Assembly: GCA_031458695.1 (NCBI GenBank)
Contig: JAVKJW010000011.1
Span: forward strand, 8,717 to 72,716
Source of the DNA: Candidatus Thermofontivivens primus
GTDB taxonomy: Bacteria; Sysuimicrobiota; Sysuimicrobiia; Sysuimicrobiales; Thermofontiviventaceae
DNA length: 64,000 bases
Direction of reading: 5' to 3'
Positions 8,908 to 18,137 of this stretch are shown one piece after another. Each line of letters opens with the position of its first letter. Position 1 is the first letter of the stretch. A program made the translations under genes and the position numbers. The notes under the pieces are model-generated. The model did not search any database, was not told where the DNA came from, and was given only the letters and a program-made list of their open reading frames with translations.

Positions 8908-10410
8908 TCAAGTTCTTGCAACCGCACGCCCACGAATCCTTCTGCCGGAAACCAGCAAGAAGATGACGAAGGCGATCAGGATGAGTCCAGCAGGGCGTAG
9001 GAACATCGACAAGAGGTTGTTCGAGTAAGTGAGAAGTGCCCGCCGCAATGAAGTATCCGCGATCTTGCCAATGAGAATACCGAGAACCATTGGCGCGGGG
9101 GGATAATCCCGGATACGCATCAGGTAACCTAATACGCCGAAGGCGAACGCGGTCATGACATCGAAGTAGGTAAATCCTGAGCCCCAGGCCCCAAGGACTC
9201 CTAATGCAACAGCGAGGGGAAGAATGAGCTCTCGCTGGATGTACAGCAGACGAATCGTAAGACTCGACAGGAGCCAGGCGCCAATTCTCATCATCAATGC
9301 TCCGGCCCAGAAGAGAGCCACGGTGAAGGCCACAAAGCCAGGCCTGTCTATGAGCAACGTCGGTCCAGGCCTTACCCCATAAATGAAGAGGGCCGCCAGC
9401 AGAATGGCCGTTGGCCCGCTCCCAGGAATCCCGAGGACGAGCGTAGGAATGAGGGCACCTCCGGATGTCGCGTTGTCTGCGGTTTCGGCTGCAATCAAAC
9501 CTTCAAAGCTTCCTTTTCCAAACTCTTCGGGATGTCTAGAAGTTCTCTTAGCCCAATCATATGCAACCCAGGGAGAAACCGCTTCACCAATCCCTGGGAT
9601 AATCCCTATTCCAACCCCTACAAGAGTTGCACGCACGATCGTCGGGAAGTGTCGGAAGATGAGATCCCACCGCATAATGGCCCGGCCAGGCCTCCCGGTG
9701 AGCTGATAAGGGACCTTTTCCTTGAGGACCATGAATACCTCGGAGAGACCGAATAGGCCGATGAGTGCGGGGACAAAGTTGATCCCCTTCACCAGATCAA
9801 TTGTATAGCCAAAGCGTGGGTACCCCCAGATCGCATCCATGCCCACCATTGCAAAGAGAAGACCTGCAACCCCCGCGATCCAACCTTTAATGGGATTTTT
9901 GCCAGCGAGAGCTCCAGCGATGATAATTCCTGCCACCGTGACAAGAAAAATTTCCCAGTCTCCAAGCTTGAGAGCAAGGAGCGTCACAAAGGGAAGGAAG
10001 ATCAGGGTACACAGTTCGCCAAGGATCTCCCCCAAAAACGACGCACCGATCACCGCTCCCACAGCCTCCCTCGCTCTCCCCTGCTTTGCTAATGGGAAGC
10101 CATCGAGGACCGTCGCAGCTGCAGCCGGTGTACCAGGGATATTGATCATAATTGCCGTGAAGCCGCCGCTGAACTGGGCGCCCGTTTCTATGCCGATGAG
10201 GAGGGCGAGGCCCCATTCGAGGGGGAGACGGAAGACGAAGCCGAGCAGGAGCGCCATTGCCATCACGATCGTGAGACCTGGCAGAACCCCAACAACCAGC
10301 CCGATGAGTGTTCCTAAAAAGAGCGTTGCAACCGTGCCTGGCGAGGTAATGACATGGAGGAACATCGAGGGAAGCAGTCGCCATTCCTGGATGATAAGTT
10401 CCCAAGACAT
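8908..10410 (-). CDS. tctA: Tripartite tricarboxylate transporter permease TctA
   Basis: GVLPGL..INIPGTPAAAATVLDG..ETADNATSGGALIPTLVLGIPGS. Confidence 0.93.
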   Translation of the reverse strand: MSWELIIQEWRLLPSMFLHVITSPGTVATLFLGTLIGLVVGVLPGLTIVMAMALLLGFVFRLPLEWGLALLIGIETGAQFSGGFTAIMINIPGTPAAAATVLDGFPLAKQGRAREAVGAVIGASFLGEILGELCTLIFLPFVTLLALKLGDWEIFLVTVAGIIIAGALAGKNPIKGWIAGVAGLLFAMVGMDAIWGYPRFGYTIDLVKGINFVPALIGLFGLSEVFMVLKEKVPYQLTGRPGRAIMRWDLIFRHFPTIVRATLVGVGIGIIPGIGEAVSPWVAYDWAKRTSRHPEEFGKGSFEGLIAAETADNATSGGALIPTLVLGIPGSGPTAILLAALFIYGVRPGPTLLIDRPGFVAFTVALFWAGALMMRIGAWLLSSLTIRLLYIQRELILPLAVALGVLGAWGSGFTYFDVMTAFAFGVLGYLMRIRDYPPAPMVLGILIGKIADTSLRRALLTYSNNLLSMFLRPAGLILIAFVIFLLVSGRRIRGRAVART

Positions 10411-10418
10411 ACACTCAC

Positions 10419-10901
10419 CTACGGGAGTGGCATCTCAAAGAGTTTCGGTAAGACATAGCTAACAAATAAGGAGAAGCCCAGGGCGTACATTGCGATACGT
10501 GCTGGCCCTCCGATACGAAGATAAATAAAGATGGCAAGGAAGTACGCAACAGTGGCCATCCAGAATGGGATTTTGCCAAGGACAAATGTATATCCGCCGG
10601 TCATGAGGAGGATGATCAGCCAGCGCCAGAATTCCTCGTGTTTCGAAATGCCACCTAACCACATCCCCAACTTGCGGTGCCCTCCTCCCCGTATGCCTTC
10701 CGAAAGAACGAAGGTAGAGAGGAGGAAAAGTATAAACCCCAGCAAGAGAGGTAAGAAACCGGGGCTCAGCACGTATGGGATCGGACCTCGCTGTGGCATC
10801 CGTAACGACTCTACAATCACAAAGATCGAAAAGCCAACGAGTACAATACCTGCGAGGAACTCCCCGGCGTTGCGTTGTCCCTCAGAGCCGTGTTCCTCCA
10901 T
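10419..10901 (-). CDS. tctB: Tripartite tricarboxylate transporter TctB
   Basis: About 4 TM segments, SPGFLP motif, C-terminal LFEMPLP; lies between tctC and tctA. Confidence 0.85.
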   Translation of the reverse strand: MEEHGSEGQRNAGEFLAGIVLVGFSIFVIVESLRMPQRGPIPYVLSPGFLPLLLGFILFLLSTFVLSEGIRGGGHRKLGMWLGGISKHEEFWRWLIILLMTGGYTFVLGKIPFWMATVAYFLAIFIYLRIGGPARIAMYALGFSLFVSYVLPKLFEMPLP

Positions 10902-10919
10902 TTCCCATCCTCCTCGACT

Positions 10920-12032
10920 TTAAGATGGAGCCCGTAACTTCCTAAACATGACCTCAACTTGTTCTGGCCACGGTTTTAGAAACTCCGCGCGTGCATGAGG
11001 AGGCCACTTCCATTCTTCAAGACGCGGGATTCCAAGCTTTGAAGGATTCAACGGGGCAATACCAAGCTCAAATGGCGGCCAGGATCTCGCAGATTCGATT
11101 TTTGACATCATCTTATCGCTTTCAATCCCAAAGAGGGGCATCAAAACACCTGCCCTTTCCTCCACAGCAATCTTCCGGAAACGCTCTTGCTTTACTGCAT
11201 AGATAAACGCCTCGGTGATCTTCACAACAATGTCATCGGGAGTTTTCCGGTTCACATAAATTCCGAAAAATGGGTTGATTGCGGTAAGCGGAGCTAATTT
11301 AGGGAAAACCTCTGTAATGGGCCTAAACTCAACCCCTTCAAACTTCATCGGTTTTGTATAGAGGTTTGCAAGGGGGCGCAGCAAACCTGCTTTCGCCCAA
11401 TCGGTAACATCTCCCATTGTGACAGAGATGAAGTCGATCTCTTTCCCCAGGAGATACTTTCCAGCTTCCCTTCCACCGGAATAGGGAATGGAGATCGCTT
11501 GCCCTTTCAAGCCTGCTGTTGCGAGGAGGACGCCAGCGAAGATCTCTCCATTGCTTCCAGGCCCAGGATGGCCATACTTGAGTTTGCCTGGTTTTGCCTT
11601 AATTTCCGCGAGGAGATCCTCAATCGTCCTCCATGGCGAGTCCGCCCGGACATAGATCGTAGTCGGAAACATCACGGCGAGCCAGGAATAGAAGTTATTC
11701 CAGCTCACCGGACCGGCACCGAGGAGAGGCCATGTCCCGTGGACAGCGGCCCCGCCAAACCAAGTGTATCCATCTGGTGGTGCTGAAAGAACTTGTCTGG
11801 CTGCGATGGCGCCTAGGGCACCTGTAACATTCGTTACAATAATCTTAGTACCGAGGGGCTTCTCCATCTCGAGTGCAAGAGCCCTGGATACAATATCTGA
11901 CGCCCCGCCCGCTGCCCATCCGACGAGGACAGAGATTGGTCCCTTCGGCCATGCAGGTCCCGCTAAGCCTGCGGTACTTGCAGCGAGGGCGAGCAAAGCT
12001 GCGCACAGTAGTGTAACGATCCTGTGCTTCAT
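10920..12032 (-). CDS. tctC: Tripartite tricarboxylate transporter substrate-binding protein TctC/Bug
   Basis: Signal peptide, WPKGPISVLVGWAAGGASDIVSR, NVTGALG, PPDGYT, IPYSGG. Confidence 0.9.
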   Translation of the reverse strand: MKHRIVTLLCAALLALAASTAGLAGPAWPKGPISVLVGWAAGGASDIVSRALALEMEKPLGTKIIVTNVTGALGAIAARQVLSAPPDGYTWFGGAAVHGTWPLLGAGPVSWNNFYSWLAVMFPTTIYVRADSPWRTIEDLLAEIKAKPGKLKYGHPGPGSNGEIFAGVLLATAGLKGQAISIPYSGGREAGKYLLGKEIDFISVTMGDVTDWAKAGLLRPLANLYTKPMKFEGVEFRPITEVFPKLAPLTAINPFFGIYVNRKTPDDIVVKITEAFIYAVKQERFRKIAVEERAGVLMPLFGIESDKMMSKIESARSWPPFELGIAPLNPSKLGIPRLEEWKWPPHARAEFLKPWPEQVEVMFRKLRAPS

Positions 12033-12078
12033 CCGAATCCCCCCTTTAGAATAGATTAAGGTTGCCCTGAGGTTCTTC

Positions 12079-13776
12079 TCAGAATAACCTTCCTACTTCA
12101 TCATGTTCAATCAGTACGTTGAGAAGAAACGGGTGATGGGCGTGGACTGCTTCCGCTAAAGAAATTTTGAGATCTTCAGGATTGGTGATAGTGCGCGCCT
12201 TTACGCCAAAGGCTTGTGCAAGATGGATAAAATCTACCATCGGCTCCAGGATAGTGCACCCAATGAATTTGTCAGTCCGACTTGCAGCTCCGTTATAATT
12301 CCTGAAACCTTCCCTCAGAATTCGATAGCCAAAGTTATTGCAGATGAGTATGATCACTGCGATGCCATAATGTGCAGCAGTCCAGAGAGCTTGCGGGAGG
12401 TAAAGCGCTGCACCATCGCCTATGAATGCAACAACTGGTTGCTGCGGCCTCGCAAGTTTGATGCCCAGAGCCGCTGGTAAGCCATACCCCAGGCTCCCTC
12501 CCTTTATACCAAAATAGGTATTCTCATGGGGAAATTCGAAATAGAGATGGAGGCCTAGGGAGGAGGTAGAAGATTCGTCTACAATGATAGCATCACCTGG
12601 GAGCGCGTGACGTAGCTCGCGCACGAGCCTGGAAATGCTGATTGGGACATTGTCCCAGGCCCGTTCAACTTCTTCTTCGAGAGCTTTCTTTCTATGGATT
12701 GCCATGGTTTCCAGTGCAGAACGGCGGTGCATTATGAGTTCTTTTTTCCCAGCGAGTTTTTGTTCTACTTTGTGGGTTAGTATTTCCAGGGTGGCCCTCA
12801 CATTTGCAACAATCACTATTCCTCCTGGTACATTCTTGCCTGCCTCCCACGGATCTGCGTCCACTTGGATCACCTTTGCACCAGGCGGGATCAAGGGGCT
12901 ACCTTGATACACTACAGGGATAATACGGTTCGTTCCAGCGAGAAGAATAACATCTGCATCGGCTAAATTTGCTTGGATTTCCATCTCCTGGAAACCAATG
13001 GGACCAAAATAAAGTGAATGGCCTGTGGGAAAAGCAATCCGGTGGGGCATGCGCTCCGCATAGACCTTTGCCGCAATAGTTTCCGCTAGGCGCACAAGAG
13101 AAGGAATTGCATGAACTTTTGCAACGCCATCGCCCACAACAATGAGAGGACGTTCAGCTTGAGCAAGGACGTGGGCAGCTTCATCCAGGGCTTCCGGATC
13201 TGGGCCTGCATTGACGAGAGGAATCTGAGGGACCGGAATCTCCGCAGCGATTTCTTCATCGAGGAGATTCATAGGGAAGGAAACGAAGACGGGCCCCTGG
13301 GGTGTATCTGTAGCTACTTTCAGTGCGCGAGCCATTACCAGCGGGAACTCCTGTGCCGTACGTGTCTCCCAGGACCACTTCACAAAAGGACGGACAAGGG
13401 TTGCGATATCTGCCCACAACGGCGGCTCGAGAGCTTGGAGCCTCTGATCGGACTGTCCTGCCGTGATGACGAGGGGGACGCCGGCCCGGAAAGCATTATA
13501 GATGCTTCCCATAGCGTTAGCGACACCAGGCGCTGCATGGAGGTTGACAAATGCTGGCTGTTCAGACGCTGCGGCGAATCCGTGGGCCATACCGACTGCG
13601 ATGGCGTCGTGCAGGCAGAGGATATATTGGAGGTCATCACGCTCAGCGAGCACATCGAGAAAGGGAATCTCCGTCGTACCAGGATTTCCAAACACGTAGC
13701 GCACCCCAAATTTCGTTAAGATTTCAACGATGACCTCCTTACCTTTCCACTTCTTCAACACTTCACACCTCTTCAT
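12079..13776 (-). CDS. ThDP-dependent enzyme, benzoylformate-decarboxylase-like
   Basis: VFGNPGTTEIPF, NLHAAPGVANAMG, GGSLGYGLPAALG and the GDGA..NNFGY ThDP motif. Confidence 0.9.
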   Translation of the reverse strand: MKRCEVLKKWKGKEVIVEILTKFGVRYVFGNPGTTEIPFLDVLAERDDLQYILCLHDAIAVGMAHGFAAASEQPAFVNLHAAPGVANAMGSIYNAFRAGVPLVITAGQSDQRLQALEPPLWADIATLVRPFVKWSWETRTAQEFPLVMARALKVATDTPQGPVFVSFPMNLLDEEIAAEIPVPQIPLVNAGPDPEALDEAAHVLAQAERPLIVVGDGVAKVHAIPSLVRLAETIAAKVYAERMPHRIAFPTGHSLYFGPIGFQEMEIQANLADADVILLAGTNRIIPVVYQGSPLIPPGAKVIQVDADPWEAGKNVPGGIVIVANVRATLEILTHKVEQKLAGKKELIMHRRSALETMAIHRKKALEEEVERAWDNVPISISRLVRELRHALPGDAIIVDESSTSSLGLHLYFEFPHENTYFGIKGGSLGYGLPAALGIKLARPQQPVVAFIGDGAALYLPQALWTAAHYGIAVIILICNNFGYRILREGFRNYNGAASRTDKFIGCTILEPMVDFIHLAQAFGVKARTITNPEDLKISLAEAVHAHHPFLLNVLIEHDEVGRLF

Positions 13777-13874
13777 CGTACATGTAGCTTGGTGTCCTTC
13801 TCAGTTTCGTCCAGCATTCCATATGCGATGAATTCCATACGCTCTTCTGCATGCCAGACAAAGATGATAACTTT

Positions 13875-14546
13875 TCATGGACCTCCCTTGAACCCCATTT
13901 TCAAAATCCCTTTCCACGTTTCCAAAAGGTGATTGCGCATCGCTTTTTCACTCTGGACGGGATTTCGCTGTTGCAGTGCCCTTATGATGCGCAGGTGAGC
14001 AAAGTAGGAGCGCTTTTCTATATCGAAATGTTGCTTGGTCATGTTCCGGATTAAAATCATCAGGTTACGGAGTTGATGAGAGAGTTCGATGAACAATTCA
14101 TTGTATGTAGAACGGGCAATGAAATCATGGAGATCTGCGCCTAATGCAACTAAATACTGGAGTGTTTCTGGATCATTCTTGATGGTGACGCGCAGGAAAG
14201 CTTCGTGGATATTCTCAAGCTCATGCACGTCATGTCGCTCTGCAGCTAAGCGGGCAGCAGCTGGCTCGATGGCTAGGCGCATTTCAAAGATGTTCCTCAC
14301 ATCCTCAAGGGTCAATTTCCGAACCAATACGCCCCGGTTCGGGTGGACTTCGACAAGATGTTCCTGCTCAAGACGCCGTAAAACCTCGCGAATAGGGGTC
14401 CGGCTCACGCCAAAGCGTTTCACCAGCGCGCGCTCCACTAGAGGTTCCCCTGGATGGAGCGAATCTGAGAGGATATCCTTTTTCAGCTGCTCGTAGATCC
14501 ACTCTTTAGAGGCGCGTGTCGCGTCCTTTGTAGTCGCCTTCACCAT
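13875..14546 (-). CDS. GntR/FadR-family regulator (FCD domain)
   Basis: LVERALVKRFGVSRTPIREVLRRL HTH plus FCD domain. Start reassigned to MVKATT from the promoter position. Confidence 0.92.
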   Translation of the reverse strand: MVKATTKDATRASKEWIYEQLKKDILSDSLHPGEPLVERALVKRFGVSRTPIREVLRRLEQEHLVEVHPNRGVLVRKLTLEDVRNIFEMRLAIEPAAARLAAERHDVHELENIHEAFLRVTIKNDPETLQYLVALGADLHDFIARSTYNELFIELSHQLRNLMILIRNMTKQHFDIEKRSYFAHLRIIRALQQRNPVQSEKAMRNHLLETWKGILKMGFKGGP

Positions 14547-14584
14547 GGTATTCCAATTGTATACCATCCATAGGGCCCCGTCAA
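14545..14584 (-). promoter_or_regulatory. sigma70 promoter with overlapping palindromic operator for gntR
   Basis: Minus strand TTGACG-17-TACAAT-9 nt-ATG. Inverted repeat ATGGTAT-N9-ATACCAT at 14545-14567. Confidence 0.75.
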
Positions 14585-14788
14585 GCACCGTGCAGCACGC
14601 TCGTGAGCTCCTTTGGCCCAGGAGGGTCCGTGGGCCCTACGCGAAGCTGTTCTTGCTTGACCAGAATACGGTACCTTACGCCTATAGGTACTGTCCTAAA
14701 CTACGGCCGGACACAACCCTCTCCACCTAAACCATTCCGATGATGATGTATAGCCCAACCACGAAATTGTAATTGTCCTAAGGTATCC

Positions 14789-15367
14789 CTATGTTCCAGG
14801 GGCAGGCAAAATCCCACTTGCCCACAGCATAAGGTAGAAGGATAAGATCATGGCAATGAGAAGCAAAACACCTTCAACCTTCGGAGCGAGTTTCCCATGG
14901 GTTACCCCCCAGAATCCTAGGAGGACCAAAAGGTAGCTTAAAAGTACAACCTCCACAAGGATGAGGTGCAAGGTAAGCCCCCAGGCACCAATCACGATCA
15001 TTGCGATGATTGTCATGATCAAAGCAATGAGAGCGGCATTCCCTACGGGTCGAAGGTCCCACCCGGCCATCTGAACGATGCTCACCCCTAACCACAGGAA
15101 CCCATAGATGGCCATCACAACGCTAAAGGTGAGCTGCATAGGAACGACATTGCCCTCTCGACCCAGAGGAGCACCGATGACAAGCCAAAAAGCCCCGAAA
15201 AGCAAACTTATTGCCCCTGTCAGGCTTCCCACAGCTCCTATGGATCGAGCAGGAGGCGGGCCCGTTGGTTCAAGGGGATGGGCGTCGATTCCCAAGAGGG
15301 CCCAGGCATTACAGAAAAGCGCATACTGCAATCCAACTACCGCAACTGCCACCGGCAACAGTCCCAT
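14789..15367 (-). CDS. AmiS/UreI-like small-solute channel
   Basis: About 6 TM segments; LFCNAWALLG and IYGFLWL..GWDLRPVG resemble the AmiS/UreI pattern. Confidence 0.6.
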   Translation of the reverse strand: MGLLPVAVAVVGLQYALFCNAWALLGIDAHPLEPTGPPPARSIGAVGSLTGAISLLFGAFWLVIGAPLGREGNVVPMQLTFSVVMAIYGFLWLGVSIVQMAGWDLRPVGNAALIALIMTIIAMIVIGAWGLTLHLILVEVVLLSYLLVLLGFWGVTHGKLAPKVEGVLLLIAMILSFYLMLWASGILPAPGT

Positions 15368-15703
15368 CCTAAATCCCCTCCCTAAGTTTTTGGGTCGAGA
15401 TTCCTTTCAAAGTGGATGGGGAAAGAAAATATCACCCTATAAATTGTAGCCTCTGGCTGGATATCTGACATGATCCGGATAACCTAATCCAAACTGCTCA
15501 GGCCTCCACTTCTGTCTCCTAAGTTGCTTAGGAAACAGCTGTGGCGAGTCTTTAAGACCCCTGTATAGGTCGGTATGGCAAAGGGGTCCACGCTGATCCT
15601 GGGAGCGAGGGCCCGTGCGCACCTTCCTTGAGCAAGCGATTTCCCGGAAAATATCCCATCAAAAAAGTTGGCAGAAGATCGAGGCACCGAGCGGGGGAGG
15701 CGC

Positions 15704-15758
15704 TGTTGCACATTATGAAACAAAATCTCATTGTGCTGAACGAGCGGAATCGTATAAT
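15704..15758 (+). promoter_or_regulatory. Probable IclR operator and promoter
   Basis: Imperfect palindrome tgttgcacattatgaaaca (15704-15722); TATAAT at 15753. Confidence 0.55.
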
Positions 15759-15782
15759 ACTCGTTGGGGGATCCGCTTGGGA

Positions 15783-16595
15783 ATGCCATTGGGCTATGCC
15801 AGAGGGAAAACCTACCATGTCCGCTCCGTTCTCAAAGCACTGGAGCTCCTCCAAGCCTTCACCCCTGATGAGCCGGAGTTCGGCGTGACAGACCTCGCAA
15901 CTCGCCTGGGGATGCATAAGAGCACTGTCTTCCGCCTCCTCATGACACTCGAAGCGGAAAAGTTCGTCCAAAGGGATCACACCACAGGAAAGTATCGGCT
16001 AGGGATCAAGCTTTTCGAACTGGGGAGCCTTGTCCAGAATCTACTCGAGTTGAGAAAGGTTGCCCGACCTTACCTTGAGGAGCTTCAGGAACGGTGTGGG
16101 GAGACCATCCACCTTGCTGTGCTCGATGAAGGACAGGTTCTCTATGTGGACAAACTCGAAAGCCCAAAGCCCATCCAGATGTACTCCCGGGTGGGTCGAC
16201 GCGCCCCCGCACACTGCACTGGATTGGGCAAGGTCCTGCTGGCCTACCTTCCGCCTGAGGAGGTAGATGCGATCATTGCCCGGAATGGGCTGAAGCGCTA
16301 TACCGACAAGACCATCACGGACCCACGTAAACTCCACGATCATCTTGCCCTCGTACGCCAGCGGGGTTATGCCACAGACATCGGGGAGCATGAAGAACTG
16401 ATCCGCTGTGCATCTGCCCCTATTTGGGACCATACAGGGAAGGTTGTGGCGGCAGTGAGCATTACGACCATTGGTGTACGATTTGATCCCCGACGCATGG
16501 ATGAGCTCGTGCATCTCGTGCGCGAAACGACCGCCCAGATCTCCTACGACCTGGGATACCGCCAGGGAATGTCTGATGCGAGTCTTAGGAGGTGA
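15783..16595 (+). CDS. IclR-family transcriptional regulator
   Basis: VRSVLKALELL..GMHKSTVFRLLMTL..GETIHLAV..HCTGLGKVLLA..SAPI. Confidence 0.95.
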   Translation: MPLGYARGKTYHVRSVLKALELLQAFTPDEPEFGVTDLATRLGMHKSTVFRLLMTLEAEKFVQRDHTTGKYRLGIKLFELGSLVQNLLELRKVARPYLEELQERCGETIHLAVLDEGQVLYVDKLESPKPIQMYSRVGRRAPAHCTGLGKVLLAYLPPEEVDAIIARNGLKRYTDKTITDPRKLHDHLALVRQRGYATDIGEHEELIRCASAPIWDHTGKVVAAVSITTIGVRFDPRRMDELVHLVRETTAQISYDLGYRQGMSDASLRR

Positions 16596-16602
16596 GGAAA
16601 GG

Positions 16603-17589
16603 ATGCGGTGGGAAGGAAGAAGAATGCTCCTGCTCTTGCTTGCTGCGACCCTCCTTGTGGGATCGCTCCTCCCAACGGTCTCGGTCGCCCAGCCGAAGTA
16701 CCCCATCAGGCCCATTACCCTGATCTGTCCTTGGGCCGCGGGGGGTGGAACTGACCGGATCAGCCGAATGGTCGCGGTCCTCCTGGAGAAGGAATTGGGT
16801 GTTCCTGTGACGGTGGTCAACAGGACGGGTGGGGGTGGTGCCGTCGGGCACACGGCAGGTGCAACGGCCACCCCTGACGGCTATACCATCACCATGGTGA
16901 CTGTGGAGATCGCGATGATGCACTGGCTAGGCCTGGCCAAGGTAAATTACAAAGATTTCCGACCCGTGGCCCTTTTGAATTACGACCCAGCCGGGATCTC
17001 TGTCAGTGCAACAGCCCCATGGAAGACCTACCGGGAGCTCCATGAGTATATCAGGGCCAACCCTGGGAAGCTCAAGGCTTCCGGCACTGCGGCTGGAGGG
17101 ATCTGGGACCTGGCCAGGGCAGGGTGGCTGAAGACCGCAGGGTTCCCCATAGATGCGGTGCGCTGGATCCCCAGTACGGGAGCTGCCCCAGCCCTCGCGG
17201 AGCTCGTGGCAGGTGGCGTGGACATTGTCACAGCAAGCCTCCCTGAGGCTGCACCGCTCATCGCGGCGGGAAAGGTCCGTCCCCTCGCCATCATGGCGGA
17301 GAAGCGGGACCCCATGTTCCCTGACGTCCCCACCTTGAAGGAGCTGGGGATCAACTGGTCGCTGGGGGCCTGGCGGGGGATCGCCGTGCCGAAATTCACC
17401 ACGACGACCGCTGTGACCGTCCTGGAGAAGGCGCTGGCCAAGGTTGTGGAGAACCCAGAGTTTAAGGAGTTCATGCGGAAGAATGGCTTCGGGATCCTGT
17501 ACAAGCCCGCCAAAGAGTTTGGGAAGTTCATGGAAGAGCAAGATCGCTTAATGGGCCAACTCATGAAGGAAGTGGGGTTGGCGAAGTAA
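16603..17589 (+). CDS. tctC: TctC/Bug substrate-binding protein
   Basis: YPIRPITLICPWAAGGGTDRISR, NRTGGGG, PDGYT, PDVPTLKELG. Confidence 0.95.
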   Translation: MRWEGRRMLLLLLAATLLVGSLLPTVSVAQPKYPIRPITLICPWAAGGGTDRISRMVAVLLEKELGVPVTVVNRTGGGGAVGHTAGATATPDGYTITMVTVEIAMMHWLGLAKVNYKDFRPVALLNYDPAGISVSATAPWKTYRELHEYIRANPGKLKASGTAAGGIWDLARAGWLKTAGFPIDAVRWIPSTGAAPALAELVAGGVDIVTASLPEAAPLIAAGKVRPLAIMAEKRDPMFPDVPTLKELGINWSLGAWRGIAVPKFTTTTAVTVLEKALAKVVENPEFKEFMRKNGFGILYKPAKEFGKFMEEQDRLMGQLMKEVGLAK

Positions 17590-17680
17590 GGATCTCAGCG
17601 CCAGTTCGTTCGGGATTCGGTTCTCTCAAGGGGGATCCAGGTAGACGTCAAAAGACTTTTGGAAGGACACCGAACATGCG

Positions 17681-18130
17681 ATGGGAGACATCGTAGCTGG
17701 GATTATCAGTTTGTCCCTCGGCGTGGGGATCTACCTCACTGCGAGGAAATTCCCTACTTTGGGAGGTGGCTACCCGGGTCCTGGTTTCTTCCCGCAGATC
17801 CTTGGTGTGATGCTTGCATGCGCCGGGTTGATCCTCGCGGTGCAGGGAGTACGGAAGAGGCCGGTGCGTCCAACGGTAAGGAAGTTCTTCTGGCGGCGGG
17901 AGTGGCTCAACGCTCTTGTGGTGGTCGCTGCGGTCGTGGGGTACCTCTTTGCCGCTCCGCGCATCGGGTTCTCCCTTACCATGGCAGCGCTCCTCACTGC
18001 TACGATGGTAGTGTTTGGCGTTCCAGTGCGGAAAGCGCTTCCCATCGCAATCCTGACCGTAGCCTCCATGTTCATGCTTTTCGGGAGGATCCTGCGGGTC
18101 CCCCTTCCCGCAGGGCCGTGGGGATGGTAG
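17681..18130 (+). CDS. tctB: TctB
   Basis: PGPGFFP motif, about 4 TM segments, LRVPLPAGPW. Confidence 0.9.
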   Translation: MGDIVAGIISLSLGVGIYLTARKFPTLGGGYPGPGFFPQILGVMLACAGLILAVQGVRKRPVRPTVRKFFWRREWLNALVVVAAVVGYLFAAPRIGFSLTMAALLTATMVVFGVPVRKALPIAILTVASMFMLFGRILRVPLPAGPWGW

Positions 18131-18137
18131 GGACAAA

